This document shows, piece after piece, positions 1-13,449 of a stretch of 64,000 bases of DNA (position 1 is the stretch's first letter; each line of letters begins with the position of its first letter). This DNA comes from Raillietiella orientalis. Taxonomy: Eukaryota. Location of the stretch: NCBI GenBank assembly GCA_036172245.1, contig JAYWIR010000003.1:6200001-6264000 (forward strand), in the 5' to 3' direction. A model generated the notes under the pieces. The model did no database searches, was not told the origin of the DNA, and saw nothing but the letters and a program-made list of their open reading frames with translations. A program made the translations under genes and the position numbers.

Positions 1-582
1 AGGCTCACCGATACGCAGGTCGGTTGCTGAAGAAGTTCGGACGGAGAAGGAGGGGAAGGGAGAGTAAACAAATAAGGAAAGAGGAAGGGTAGGGACTTTG
101 GCAGTAGCCGCTCCTTCCTTCTCAGAACTGGCGCAGAATGCTGGCGATCGCACGATTTCCTCTTCCAGGTGCTGCCAGCTCTCAGGGGTGAGCCCCCTCT
201 GGTAGGCAGCTGCCACGCAGGTGGCCTCCCTTTGCCCCGCCCGAGACTCTGGCACATGGCGCGGGCTGCGACGATGGCGCGGATGCAACCACCCATCGAT
301 GCAATCACGGCGCCTGCTGAACGCCCACCGCGTGCGGAAAATCGTTTCAGCAAGTCCTTGGCTGTGTCCTCCGTGTTCAGGACCGCCCCGATGCCGGCCT
401 CCGCCACGGTCAATGGAGGGCACGGCAGTCCAAAAGCAGGTGAGGGAATGATTCCGCCGTCCCGCGCCTGGAAATCCCAGTGCAGGAACTGCACCACCTC
501 GTTCGTCGACTCGGACGGGACCGCTGCAGCGTCCATACGCAAGGAGGGACAAAAAGGGACAACCTGTTCCTCATCCATTGGG

Positions 583-1351
583 TTTCCTTTTTTGTGGCTC
601 GCTAGGGGCTGGAGAACCGCTCAGGAGGAGGTCTCGAAGCTCTCAAACATTGTTCACGCCGCCCGAGGGTGAGTGACAATCTTCAACTTACAGGGGGTAA
701 CCCCCACCTGTAATCTGAAGAGGAGACCTATGGAAGGACTACCTATGAATCCAGGAAGGACTCCGGTAGAAGGAGTCCGTTCTTCTCTTAAGCTTGGGAG
801 GGAATCCCGAAAAGAACCTCTTCCTTATTCTCTCCAGAGGGAGCCCCCGTAGGGGCCTCCCCTGGAATTTCTTCTCCGGAGGAAACTTCCAAGGGAACCG
901 CTCCTTGTTTCCTTCTCCGGAGAGAATCCCGAAGGGGCGCTCCCGAATTTTGTCTGAAGGGTTGCTCCCGAAGGGAGCAGAGCGCTTCTTCACACTCTGG
1001 AGAGGTGTCAATCCACCAGCTCCATGGTACGAGATGATACGAGGGGAGGAGGGGGAGGGACGACTACTCCATTTTCACAACCGGAGGTTGAGGAGGGGAA
1101 TGGCTGCTTGATTCCTGGAAGGACCCCGGAGGGTCCACTTCCAGTCTCGGCCGGTCAACGGGAGCATCCGGCTTTCATCGGTGCCACACCCGAAGCCCGT
1201 GGGCCAACCAACGTTATTTTGTCGGGAGACTCGTAACCCACGACGAGCTCATTTTTAGGGGTCGATGCTTCTCACCGGACGGGATTCGAACCCTCAACGC
1301 TTGCTTCCGTGCGCGCGGACGCAGCGCAGTTGCAAGGCCACCAACGCGGTC
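583..1351 (-). mobile_element. tRNA-headed SINE-like repeat, copy 1 (about 770 bp)
   Basis: B box GGTTCGAATCCC at 1292-1281. Body is alignable by eye to 6010-6679, 14340-14790 and 25045-25586. Short A-rich end near 583-593. Confidence 0.75.
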
Positions 1352-4300
1352 TCCAAAGGCTCGCTTGCTGACAAGTAGGGCAGAGTGAAATGGAAAGTCG
1401 AGGCAGTCGCGTCAACAAAATTCGGAGCTTTCCGGCGTGTGTCAGCTCTCCAGAAGGAAGCGCAAGTTTCCTCGTGCATTCCTGACCGGCAGACGGCAGC
1501 CCTGCGTGAGCGGGGGGTTTCCGTCTCTTTGGTGCTTTATGCTGAGCGCGCCATGTTCCGAAGGCGTCCTCTCCCCTCCCCCCCTCCACTTTTCATGCGT
1601 GCAGCCGTGCAACTGCACGAACCATCTTTAAAGATGTGCGCATCCTTCCCCCTGGCACACATGTGAAAATGAATGGTGCGTGTAGTGCATGGTGGACGGA
1701 AGGCTGCATTGCACCAATTGCATCTGTGCCATGCTCCACGTGGAGCACGAGCTCATGTGCATTTACCTCAGTCTCCGGACCAAGAGCCGGACGTGCCCTC
1801 CCCTTCTTTCCTGAGGACACAGAGCCACACATCCACTTGATTTATTTTTTACCTCTTTTCCTAAAAATCAAGGTGGGAAGATTCGGGCTCGAAGGCACTG
1901 CCACAGCACACATCAGTTTTCTACCAAACCCTGATGAGGCTTCCATTTGCGCGTGTCATGGATCTCGGATACGCACATCTTCCTCTCCGCTCCCACTGGA
2001 TTCACCAGTCAGCGATGCCGTTCTGCTTTCTGCAGCAGGGATTCCGTAAAAGATGAGGAGTCCATCAGGTCTTCGTGTTGGTCTTCAGCCTGAAGGGATT
2101 CCGGCTGCTTGCCTTTTTCATTGCCAGCTACTCAATGCAGCCGTCGACCCACGCCTTATTTTTCGTCCCCTGACGGCAACAAGGGTCACGTGCAAGCCGA
2201 GGACGCCCAGAACGCCCAGAATACACGCTGTTGAACTCTGGAAACCCTACGAAAGGCGCTGCTGCTTTGCCAGACCGCTTCGCTCGTCTCGCACTCCTTC
2301 CCGGACGCATCTCGGAAATCCCTCATTAGCCTCTTCCTCGCGGGGAGGTCCCCACCGCAGGACAGGGCTGACGCGTTCAACCGCCGAGGCGCCGCGGAGG
2401 CGGGCTTCCACGTGCTGCGGGTGGCCCGCGGCGAGAGCACGTATCCCCCAGGAAGACTCCGGAGGAATTTCCGCGCTGCGGCGTCCCCCCGTTTCGCGGA
2501 GATAATTGGGAGCCGGCTGTTTTCCCGGACGGGGCGCAGGGACGAAAGGACGCGGTCTGCGTGCTTCGGAGGCACGTGCGGATGGCTTAGGGCGCGGCAG
2601 CCTCTTTGGTGCAGCTGCCCGCTGGCACCGGAGAGAACCACATCCGGTGAGGCACCGACGTGGCTCGCCGGGAGGGTGTCAAGCCGGTTGCGTCGAGACG
2701 TGTCCTTTTTTTCAAAAAAAGAAAAAAGACGTCCTGGTGGAGAGTCGCTGGCACTACGCATACTACCGAGCCCGACCATTCACTGGGGGCGTCTAAGAGG
2801 TCCACAACATCATGAAGGATTCAGGGAAACAAACAAACAATAAATAAATAAGCGAAAACAAGAAAAAAGGAGTTTGTTAAAATGGGGAGAGGGAAGGGAT
2901 CTCATCCCGCGATGTGTGGTGATCTGCATCCTTTGCAGGATGCTGGCGAGCTCCTCCCAGTAGCTGAGCGGGCGGTGCCGCCGCGCCGCGATTCGGAGGA
3001 ACCTGAGGGTGGTGGTCCACCCGCTGTGCCGTCCTTTCCTGGCGTCGCTCCTGGAGACGGAAGCTCCAAGTAGATGGCACAGCGCTGCGATGGCCGCAGC
3101 TGGCGACTCCGCGCAAAGAGGTTCCTTAAGATGTTTAGAGAGTCGTGTACTGAAGAAGGGAGGGTCGCGGAATCCTCTGGTACTCGCAGAACTACGTCAC
3201 CGGCAGGCGGGAGAGGGTCTCTGGGAGGAAGAAGAGAGGTGCGAAGATCGAAAACTTGTGGCTCCTTCGGGAGATTCCAGAGGAGAGGAGCTCTTCTTCC
3301 TCTTCATGCCGCTGCTTCGCCTCCGTGTTAAGCCACTGAGGAGGAGGAAGCCCAATCGCCTCAGGGTGCGCGTTTCGTCAGGCAAAGTGCTAGTGGCGAT
3401 CCGAACGAGCAAGAAGGGGGAGCTGAGAGCACCCAACACGAGTGGGGAGGTGGGAGCTGCCAGACGTCCGCCCGCCGTTTCGGCAGGTGCGTTTCGCCGC
3501 TTCCCACCGCCACCCGCCTCTTCGAGCGAACTCGCATCTTCATCGCGGGCGTCTCCCTCGGACCAGCGAGGGTGGTCTGCCCTCTCTGGAGCACCCGATC
3601 TCCTTGCTCCCAGCCGCCTCTGGGTGTTTTGGAGAGCACCGACCTCTCGAAAGGACTGCGGTCGCCACCGGCAGGGATGTCCGCGCTCCACCGACCAGCC
3701 TCCCATTCGTCCTGAAGCCTCCTCATCTGAAGTCCGTTCGTGGAGCCCCTTGTGCGCTTCCTGAGCGTCGAGCCCAGCCCTACGAAGCTCTGCAGGGGGA
3801 GAAGCAAAAGAGTGGCGCGTTCCTCGGCGCAGCTCCTGGTAGGAGAGCGAAGAACCAGAGGACTACGCGCGAATATTCTTCCTTCGGTCGTCTGCTGTCC
3901 GATCCACGTAGCAGAAACAACGCAAGCCGCTTTTCCCTACGTGGTCTCTGCTGTCCATTGCTTCGGCAGCTCGGAAGCTAAGCGTCCATCCTGGGCGCTC
4001 CCCCCGATGGCACGGAGGTGCAATCTAGAGTCGCCGAGCAATCGGCGGCGGTTTTTCTGATGATCATTGGAGGCGCAGCAACCGGCGTCGGTTGCCAAGG
4101 GTCAAGTGAGACGCAAGCGGTCGCATCGCACCACTCGAGCCTTGCGAAGTGGCTAGGAGACAAAGAGGGGAGGAGCAGAAGTCTCCGGTCGGTAGTCCAT
4201 TGGGGAGCGCAGCACCTTCATCGGAGCTCAGGGAGGTCCAGGGCGATTTCGCCACGAGACCCCCATGCTGCGCGGGACGAGCAGGCGCGCCACATGGGAC

Positions 4301-4388
4301 CCCTCTAAGCGCATGAAATCCTTTGCTTGCGTCATGGTGAAGACGATGACCGGTGTTCATGGCACGGGGAACTCCACAAGAGTGGCAA

Positions 4389-4620
4389 GCTCGCGGCGGC
4401 CCTGTGGTCGCGGCTCTCTCGCGCGGTGCTTGGAACTGAGAGTTCGAATCTCCCCGTGGGACGATTGACGCCGAGAATGGCTGGTGATGGTGGTGGGGTC
4501 GTGGGTTTGGAGTCCTTTCCTTCTCCGCAGCATGACGCTGGGGTGGCGGAGACCCCGGTGCCGCCCCCTCTGACTGATCGGAATTGGGAGAAGACCCACC
4601 GGGGTCCTTCCGGGTTCCCT
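4389..4620 (+). mobile_element. SINE-like repeat, copy 2 (divergent, partial)
   Basis: B-box-like AGTTCGAATCT at about 4441-4451, followed by the family motifs GTCGTGGGTTT, ATGACGCTGG and CCGGGGTCCTTCC. Confidence 0.6.
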
Positions 4621-6009
4621 TCCGAAAGCAAAGAGGAATCTTCCTGCATTACCAAGGGTTATTATTAGGGCAAAGTTTCCCCTGACTGAGTTGCACGCAA
4701 CTCCGCGTGGCGTGACCAGTGAGGGTGCCGCCGAGCCGCTCGGATGCCCCTAGGAGGTGATTTAGGTACTCAGCAAGCCAGAAAAGAACGGCAAAGGGTT
4801 TTTCTCTCGGACGCATGCGGCACAGATGTCTGCAGCTCCATGCGCGGATTCTGCGCGCACTCACGCGCGCGAGCGCGGCTGCAGCTGGAGGCGAAGCACG
4901 TGAAATCCGGCGGTGGGGCTCGCCGAGCTCGGAAGGTGCAGGAAGGATTCAGCGAACGAGGGGGATCCGGGATGCGGCCGGCAAGTAGCCTTGCCTTCTC
5001 TGACGGGCAAAGGGATGGGAGCGAAGACCAAATCCATCGGGGGAGATGGAGCGTTCGCTTCCCGGTCACGGGAGGAGGCGGATGCAAGGATGCTCTCTAA
5101 AGCGAGGGTGTGCCGAAAGGATGCGCTAGGGATTGGCAGAGACCACTTTCTCACCATCAGAGGCGAAGGATCCTCCGATCATCTCCTGGAGGGCATTCCA
5201 TTTTTGGGCAAGGAGGGCGGCCGGAAACTGGTCGGAAGGGATCTCAGGTCCCGGAAGGGAGTATCTCGATCGAAGGGGCTGAGGGACACCGCTCTTAAGG
5301 TGGCAGCTCAAAGTGATCTTCCTCTGCCCGCGGTTCCGACTGACTGCCCGACTCGGCGTGCCTCCTGGACCCCTCACCTTTTTTTTCTTCGGGTTTTCTT
5401 TTCACTGAGCTAGGCCGCGAGGCGGCACTCCGAGCGCCGCCTCCAGGCACGGACTACCCGACGCTTCTCTTCCCAGTGACATGCAGAGGATCCAGCCTCC
5501 CTTTTCCGCTGTCGCATCCCGGAGACATCCGATGAATCCCGAAGAGGGATGGACCCTTCGGCGAATCGCACGGGACGCCAGGGCTATGTGCCGTCACATA
5601 GTGCTATCTTAGCCGGGCCCTATGCCTCATGGGGAGGCACTTACGGGGCGATCTCTTCCGTGCTCCTCAGGCTGGACAGGTCCGAATGGCTACGAGAGCT
5701 CCTCGATCTGACCCTCTTCCGGGAAGAAAGAAAGGAAAAGCGCTCGTTTGGTTGCCCCAACGAGACCTCCGTTCTGTGGGGGACTCTCCAGAGTGGGGAC
5801 GCAGGAAACGCCTTTTTACAGCGATTCCTGTCGCCCCCTACCACCCTCACCGCAAGGCCGCCGCATCCGGACCGAGGGAGCCACCCACTATCCCTCACTC
5901 AGGAACGGCCTATCAGTCTGTTCGGGATGCGTTCTTCGATCAGGGGAAGCTGAGCGCTGGCTCTCTTCGATCTGCCGGAAGCAGCGCGCGCCTGACAGGA
6001 AGCTGCACT

Positions 6010-6679
6010 CAGGGGCGGCACAAAGTCTTCAAGTTGGGGGCGACCCCTCAGAGACCAGGAAGGCTCTGAAGTGAAGAAGTCCGTTCCTCTCACGCTTGGG
6101 GGAAGGAACCCCGGAGGGAGCTACCGCTTCCTTATTCTCCCCGGAGGGAACCCTGGTTTGTTGGACCCGCTCCTCATTTTTTCGCTGGAGGGAACCCACC
6201 CTCAAGGGAACCGCCCTTTCTTTCCTCCTCCTCTGAAGACCAGAGAGGGAACTTTCCGATTTCTCCATGAAAGGCCGCTGCCCAAAGGGAGCAGCGCGCT
6301 TCTCCACACTCCGGAGAGGCAGCATCAATCCACCAGCTCCATGGAACATGATGGAGGGTCCCCCCTCCGAGTAGGAAGGAATAGCTTCATTTTCACAACA
6401 GGAGGAGGATACCAAAGGGAACCAGCGCTCTTTGATTCCCGGAAGAACCCCGGAGGGTCCAATTCCAATCCCGGTCAGTCGACAGGGACATCTGGTTTTG
6501 GGACTTCCACTGGTGCGCCGCACCTGAAGCTACCCGAGGCCGACCAGAGTCATCCTGCGGGGAAGAATTCTGGAGGGCCGACCATTTCTAGGCACCTCCA
6601 TTTCTCAGTGTCGACCTTCTCCCGGGATGGATTCGAACGCGCAGTGTCTATTGCAGCACAACTGCCGCCAGCACGGGTC
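6010..6679 (-). mobile_element. SINE-like repeat, copy 3
   Basis: GTTCGAATCC at 6638-6629. Shares body motifs such as GGGAGCAGCGCGCTTCT, TCAATCCACCAGCTCCATGG and CCCGGAGGGTCCAATTCC. Confidence 0.72.
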
Positions 6680-6734
6680 GAGAAAAGCATTAGCGGGAAT
6701 ATCTTCCTGGAGGTCTTCGATTCGCCTTGGAGTG

Positions 6735-7540
6735 AAAGGTATTCCTGCAAGAGATATCCTCTTCGGAGGCACTGGCGACGACGACGATGATGGCGCTATG
6801 GTGGTGCTGAGGAAGTGGATCTGTCGGCGAGCGGGACGTTTCCGAAGCTCCTGATTTTGTAGGTGCAAACGGGGTCAACACGGACACTTCCGGCGTGGGA
6901 TACTCGAAATGGTCCAGGATGCAACTGCTGCACTCGACCTGCGCTACTGCACAGTTGGAGATTCCCGTCGCAGAGTGGATCCATTCAATGTCGTCTCTCG
7001 CTGCGCAGGATGCGGGAAGCATGAAAGGATGAAGGACAGAGATGCCTTGCGCAGGCAGAAAGGAATTGGTTCCTCAGCATCACCCTAAAGATTGGGCCGC
7101 ATCCTCGGATCTGGTCTCTTCGGTCTCTTGCTTTCCCCATCTGTGTCCTACCCGGTCTCGGAGAGTTTCCTCCGCAGCAAGCGGACAGTTCAGGTTCTCT
7201 CTACGTCTCTTCCTGAACCAGGTAGATCTTTCCGTGTTCCATGATTTCTCCTTTACGGTCAGGCTCCTTTGTTGGAATGGAGCCCTGGCCTTCTCATCCG
7301 ATCTCCTGTATCGACCTCTGATTCTTGGTTGCCAAGCGGTCCCGCGTAGTTTCCATGAGCCCCTGCCACTGCATCTTCGACTCCTCTGGCCGTTCGCAAC
7401 TGGGAAATCGCTGCGAAGGAGGAGCTTTGGAGGCTTCCTGCTCGCCGACGGATGCACCCCCTCATCACCACCATTGCATCATCATGATCATCATCGCCAG
7501 CACCTCTGAGGATACCACTTGCAGGAACGTCATCTCCTGG
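6735..7540. repeat. Inverted repeat pair (arms about 6735-6875 and 7390-7540)
   Basis: TTCCTGCAAG..TGGCGACGACGACGATGATG..TGGTGGTG..GTCGGCGAGC..AAGCTCCT recurs as a diverged reverse complement at 7420-7530. Confidence 0.75.
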
Positions 7541-10439
7541 CTACCGCCGAGTGGTTTCTCAGCTTGGGAGTTCTCCTCACAGAGGGGATCCCTACTGACT
7601 AATGACTTGGAAGGAATCTGTGCATCCTCCGCTGCAAACGCCTACGGTGTGCGAACTGGATCAGGTGACGTCACCCCGCCTGCTGGGGACATCCCGCTCG
7701 TTAGCTCGAAATCCTCCACTCCTTGACGGTTACTCATCCTTCCTTGTGTATCATTTCAGGACCCTGACGTTCCTATGCAGGCAAAGTTCCCAGCAAGTTC
7801 CCATGCTGGCTAGGAAGATGCACCCACCAGAGGAGCAAAAAACGCTCGAAGAGGCTTGGCGCGGACAAAAAGTAAAGGAAAAGAAGGGAAGAAATGCGCG
7901 ACGAGATGAAGAGCGGAATGAATTTCACTTTCCAATAAATCAGAAAATCGAGAGGAGCGACCACGTGAATCACCGCGAATGGCGGTCCGCGAAGTCATGG
8001 AAACACCAACCACTACTTTAAGGCGTATAATTTACTGATTTGGAGTCGGCATCAGCGTCTAGAGTCTCAAGGATGAAGCACTTTCCATTATGGTGGCGGA
8101 GGAATTCCGTTTTTCGGTGCATGACTGGAGGACCAGCTACGTCATGGAAACCATTAAAAAGAAGATGCAATGAGAGAGACGAAGAGTCACGAGATATGTC
8201 ACGAAGGGGGGCTGACCCGAGAGGAAGGAGGTCCTCTGCGAGGCAGGAGGCCGGGGATGCTCCGGAAGGCAGCACCGAGACGAGCCGGGCAAGGACAGCT
8301 GCGCTTCTGGGGTCCATCGGAGATTCAGGATAATCGGGCATCAGTTGAAGTTTTGTCCCACAGGGCCAGTTCTCATGGGCTGGAGGGCAGCAGATGGTCT
8401 CTGCGGGTGCATATGATCAAAGCGAGGGATGAAAGACAGGGGAGCACGCGTGTCCGTGAGTCGTGATGCCGGTCGGCGGTTCTGCGTGCGAGAAAAACGA
8501 TCTTCCGGGGAGAGCTAATGGATTCCGGAGATCGCAGCTCCGGAATCAAATCCAGATGAACATGAAGCAACCACAAAACGCAATGCCAGATTAGGAAATG
8601 TCAAAGAGGTGATGCGGCCTCTCCAGTCCAAAAGACGTGCATAGAAATCATAACTGTTCAAAGAGAAGAAGCAAGAAGAAGGGGCGGAAAAATCACGCTC
8701 CTGATAACAACATGGAGGCTGCGGATAAAAGACAGATATCCTACGTTTGATAGGCTAGCGGAAGATTCGTTCACCTCCCGTGGAAGGATTCCGCGAAACA
8801 GATATCCGCTGAAAGCTACGGGAGACTTCTAGGTGAGCACTCAGCAATGGCCCTTAATTTCTGTCTCGGTAGCGAAGAGGAAACGCTCGGTCTCCATAGC
8901 ACGGAGGGAGCGGCGCGAAAAGAACAAAGTTTGCTAGACGTGAACAAGTAGAACGCGTTTTTTGGAGGATCACTTTTTCCCTATGATTTTCGGAAGCGTT
9001 TCCCAAAGCCCAGTGGGAGCGACCCCGCGCGTGGCTCTCGTGAATCCTGTCTGCTTGGATATCTCCAACGTTCCCTTTCGGACGGATCCCTCAGGAAGTT
9101 CAGAGCAGCAGTCAGATTGCAATCTGCGAGAGGCGGATGGGAAAGATGGATCGAAGGTGGATGGCTTCGTGCTATGCTTTTCGTAAGAAATCGCTCAAGG
9201 ACAAACAGCTTTGAGTTTCCCCTAACCTTTGACCCTCTTCTTTCAAGCTCATCATCACCCTTAATCATTCGTTCTGGAACCGACTCGCCTGTTGAGCTGA
9301 TGGTCTGGAACCAACCAATGTCGAGAGTCGGCTATGAAGGCGTCTGCCAGACTCTGGTACTTTGGACGATGGATTACATTATCGTCCTCGATTTTTAGTA
9401 CACCTCAGAAAGGCCAGCGGCGGCGTCAGAGATGACACGGTAAGGGAAGGAGGGTGAATATCGGGAGCTAACTCCTTTTCTCCAGAGGAATCCAAGCCCG
9501 TGATCTTTGGAAGATGCGAGAAACCTGGGAATCTCAAGAGAACCTGAAGCTTCTCGGCTGCGTGCAGACTTCATGAAAAGCATGATGGTGTGTTCCAGCA
9601 TACGCATACCCGATCACATCGCCTGTATCATAAGCCCGGGTGATGCAATTGGAACAGGAGGTGCCACAATGAGCAGCTTCCTTTGTACTAGGAGAGTGCG
9701 GAAGCGAGTCCTCATGGTGCAGTCGGAGTCTTCGATGGCATCCATCCGCAGGCGGCAATCGGCGCCTCGGTGCCCCTCTACCTGAGGAAGGGGACTCTCT
9801 GATGAGATGAACCCGCAATCCCGTAACAGCTTGCATAACGAAGCACACGAAAAAACGAGTCTCTTCCGGGGGTGGGCAATCAGATGTCCATATGAGGTGC
9901 GATCACGAGCTCTTCAAAAAAATCGGTAGAATTTGTCTCCTTCGCTTCTGAGGACGGTCTGTTTGAAGGAAAGGGACCGATGCTAGTCTCAGAACAAGGA
10001 CTTCTCTTTGTTTACTGAAAGCGAACTCGAGTACAACTGAACTGGTCTGAAAAAAACTCCGATTGCCTGACATGAAGGCCGCCAGTGCTCGCAGTTCGAG
10101 GAGGCTCAGCGAAGTTTTTGGAACGGGTCATAGTTTTTTTTACAATCGTCACGAAGAGGTTTCAGCTCCCGAGGCTAGAAAGATTAGGGAATGCACCTCA
10201 TTCTGAGACTGGTGGTCTACTGGTCCCTCCACTTGGGTCGTTTTCGAACCAAGACTTTTCTAGCGGGACTCAGAGGAGCAAGGAGGACCACTAGGAGCGG
10301 AGGAAACAACGATATTCTCGCACAGCGTGAGGTATCGAAGCAAAAGTGAACTGCCCGTCTGAACGAGAAGGGCAAGTGAGGCATCTGCCAGTTTCTAAGA
10401 GGAACCATGCTGGTTGCGCTGCTGGTTTCTGGGTCCACC

Positions 10440-11115
10440 ATTGTTTGTGCAAGCCCGCGACCAGATTTTGGCTAGGGGAGAAGCATGTACGGCGAAGCGG
10501 TTTTCGAGTCCTCTCTTACGACGAAATCCCTTTTGCAGGAACCGATCGTGCAGTAAGAATGTTCAGCAGCTTCATCCAGGGCTCTTCAGGTGACGATCTC
10601 CTAGGTAGCTCATCAGACTTCGGATTCCAATAGTCCTTCAACATGTTACAGCTGCTGCTGAAGCTTTCCACTCAAGTACGATCAGGATGGGGTGAACGAA
10701 CCCTTTCTCAAGAAGTGCCAGTGGGACCTGCACGAGGTCTGCACAGAAGGAAGGTTCCTCAGCCCGAGAGGAAGGAGCGAAAAGGGAAGAAGGAGAGAAG
10801 GACACGCGGGGGAATACATAAGGAACTACCAAAAGTCACTTGTGGCATTCCATTTACTCCGCTCCTTCTCGGAGGCCAGCAGTCGCGGCTACGCAACAGT
10901 GGTGGATTCTGAAGTGGCCATCAACATTCCAGAAGAAAAGAATAGCGAGAACCCGGGAGGAAAAAAAAAAATGCATCAGTGCATAACTCCTCGATCTTTG
11001 TCGTTATTAGATGCCTCATTTTGGATGAAGGACTTAGAGCTAAGGGTGGAGAGGGTTTGCGGAAGGAGACAGACATACCGGTTAACAAATTCTGAACTCT
11101 TTTGGTAATGGAAGC
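10440..11115 (+). mobile_element. Decayed BEL/Pao LTR retrotransposon pol fragment (RT/RNase H)
   Basis: Ordered degenerate motifs: IPFAG, GDDLLGS (~YVDDLL), LRSFSEASSRGYATVV (~LHGFSDAS..AYAAVV), ITPRSL (~TIPRLEL) and RLTNSE..W (~WTDS..W). Confidence 0.55.
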
Positions 11116-12449
11116 AGCAGACACTGAGCTGATTCTCTCATTCGGCAGCCTGTCATGATGAAATCCCTTCATACCGTCTGGCTGGTTCGATGCACTGCAT
11201 CTGCTTGCCGGCGTGATCCTAGAAATAACGAAAGCCACGAGGGGCAGAAGTGAGAGAACAAAGAGTTGAACAGGCACCGAGCACGGATGATTTCTTGGAG
11301 TTTAACATCCTGTTGGAGCAGAGCGCTGGACTCGAGGGAAAATTCGGGTGAGTTCGCATGACTAGTTGTCTGATGGACTTTTTGGAAAATTCTTTCCGCC
11401 TGAAAGGGTCTTGAATTCCAGTTTTCTTGGCAAGAGGTAAGAAGAACACAGAGACGACATCCTAAGCTGAAGCTGCAAGACCTGGAGATTCGATTCCGCG
11501 CTATGAGCACCAGCGCTTGCGGGCTTTTAAAGAGCACTTCCCTGATTGCTGTACTACGAGCTGTACTCTACCGCCATGCTCTTGTGCCAAGTGATTCGCA
11601 GTGAACTTTTCAGTACAGTGATGTGTGAAGGTCGCTTCAGTAAAGATCAAGGCCACGTGAGAAGAGAGGAATCGTACCCAAGGATTTTGGTTTCCAAGCG
11701 GGTTTTTGGTGCCGCAGTTCTGCTATGGGTTTCCTGTTTGAACGTGGGTGTATGGGATGTTCAGAGTCATCCCGTACATCCAAGTGTTGCTTGCAGCGCG
11801 ATTTCAAGTATTCGACATGGCAGGAATCTCCGGCTAGCAAATACAGCTTCAAGCAGACGAAACTGCACAGAGAGGCATCCTCACTGAAGCATGCTGATTT
11901 CTAGCCGAAGTTTTGTAGCCTTTAGGCGTACATCACCCTCTTCGACCTTCTGTGGTGTACCCTGGCACGGGAAAGTGACGGCGAATCGACTAACCCGAAT
12001 GGATATTTAAGAGTTGTTTTCTCTGGAAAAGTTTTCAAGGGTTTCTGGGTAGCTGGAGATTTGGCTTCCTGAAAATGCGAAAGCCACATGCGTGGAAGAT
12101 ATTTAAGGATGCTAGACATGAATCAAGGCATTCTCCTCTACTTACTCCTCCCTTAAGAGTAGGACAGGGTCGGCTACTTCAATGAAATTGCAAACTTTGC
12201 TTTTCTTTCTCCCACACTGTTCTCCTGTTCAGTCTCCGTCATCCCATGTCTCCGTCTTTGGCCTGATCCCCTGATCATCCTTCTCATTTGCAGCTCTAGA
12301 CCGACACTCAACAACGAAGATGCCTCAAAAGTTCGTTTTCCCTTGCTCTGGAGGTGCTTCATTCTTCTTGCTCCACCTCTTCATTCGCGCATGACTGTTA
12401 CGCCGCAGAAGCACTTTCACGTAGGGCGCCGTGCAACATCGCTTCTCAT

Positions 12450-12830
12450 CCTTCCTTAAGTCAGCCACTTGCCTCTCGCTATCTTCTTCGGACCGCCAGG
12501 CCTCATTTGAGAACCAAAGACCAGCGACGGATAGGCATAAAAATGCTTTTCACAATGCAATTCCTCATCTGCACCATCCTCTCTATACAACGTCACGATT
12601 CCATGCCTCAGAAGATTTTTGCTGCCAGCCATAGATCCCGACTGATACAAACTTCTTGCAAGAAGACCGACTTCGTGGATTATGAGGATCTCTGTTCTTA
12701 CGTGACCCCCAAAAGTGTCCTTCATAAGGCGGTGTGTTGGCATAGGAGTCATGCTGCCAGTGATGAAGCATCAAACTCGAATGCGCCCATTCGACCAGAG
12801 GTGGTTGGACTTAAAGTCTTTCCACCTCTG
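12450..12830 (-). mobile_element. Decayed Ty3/gypsy RT fragment
   Basis: PMPT..LM..FGG, ARSLYQ..SKNLL and FYAY..LVFGS occur in RT motif order. Confidence 0.35.
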
Positions 12831-13449
12831 CCTTCTACGATCAGTTGTCTTCCATAACTCAGACCAATCGCTTCCTCTGTCTTCTGTGACCGCCTTCTTG
12901 CGGAATGAGTCTCCGCGAACATCACCAAAGCCCTGCATTCCGATGCGATCACTTTCATCATGACGGAATTGGCCTCATTGCGTCTATTGCCGTTCTGTGC
13001 GTGCCTCATGAATGGCTCTTTTTTTCAACACTGCAATTAGGTCTGTCATGACGGTGATCCTAAGTTCATTTTCAGATATATACTAATTAGCATGTGCACA
13101 TTACATTGCCTCCTCTCCAGGTCCACTGATTGCCCATTTTAGAGACTACTGGGCACTGCATCCTTAATGAAGTAAGTGGAATCATTGAAGAACCTTCGAC
13201 TCCTTCGTAAAAGCCGCACACCTTGGAGCGTTATTCCTTCCTCCCTCCTTACTGCATGCCTTTCTCCCATCTGCTTCCATCAGTCTTGGATGAGAAAATT
13301 AAAAGGAGCAAAGAGAAATTGCAGGCGTGAATTTGTCTTTTAGCCGGGAATCTTTAAATTATTACCTGCTTAGGTGATATCGTGATGCGTGCATCCCATG
13401 CATGCTGTTTCTAGGAGCGCGTGACATGACGAGCGATTCGGTATATGAA

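Noticed and set aside
1276..1351. tRNA genes at the GGTTCGAATCC motifs (also 6630, 14745, 25520)
   Set aside because: No consistent cloverleaf could be built, and each motif is attached to the same repeat body, so they are treated as SINE heads.
7700..7875. Possible sixth SINE 3' tail (CTTGGCGCGGACAAAAA)
   Set aside because: The similarity is too short and patchy to support by eye.
12640..13130. PIF1-like helicase or NTPase remnant (LIIHEVGLL, IVEGRGGKT)
   Set aside because: The Walker motifs are incomplete and the flanking peptides fit a decayed gypsy RT better.
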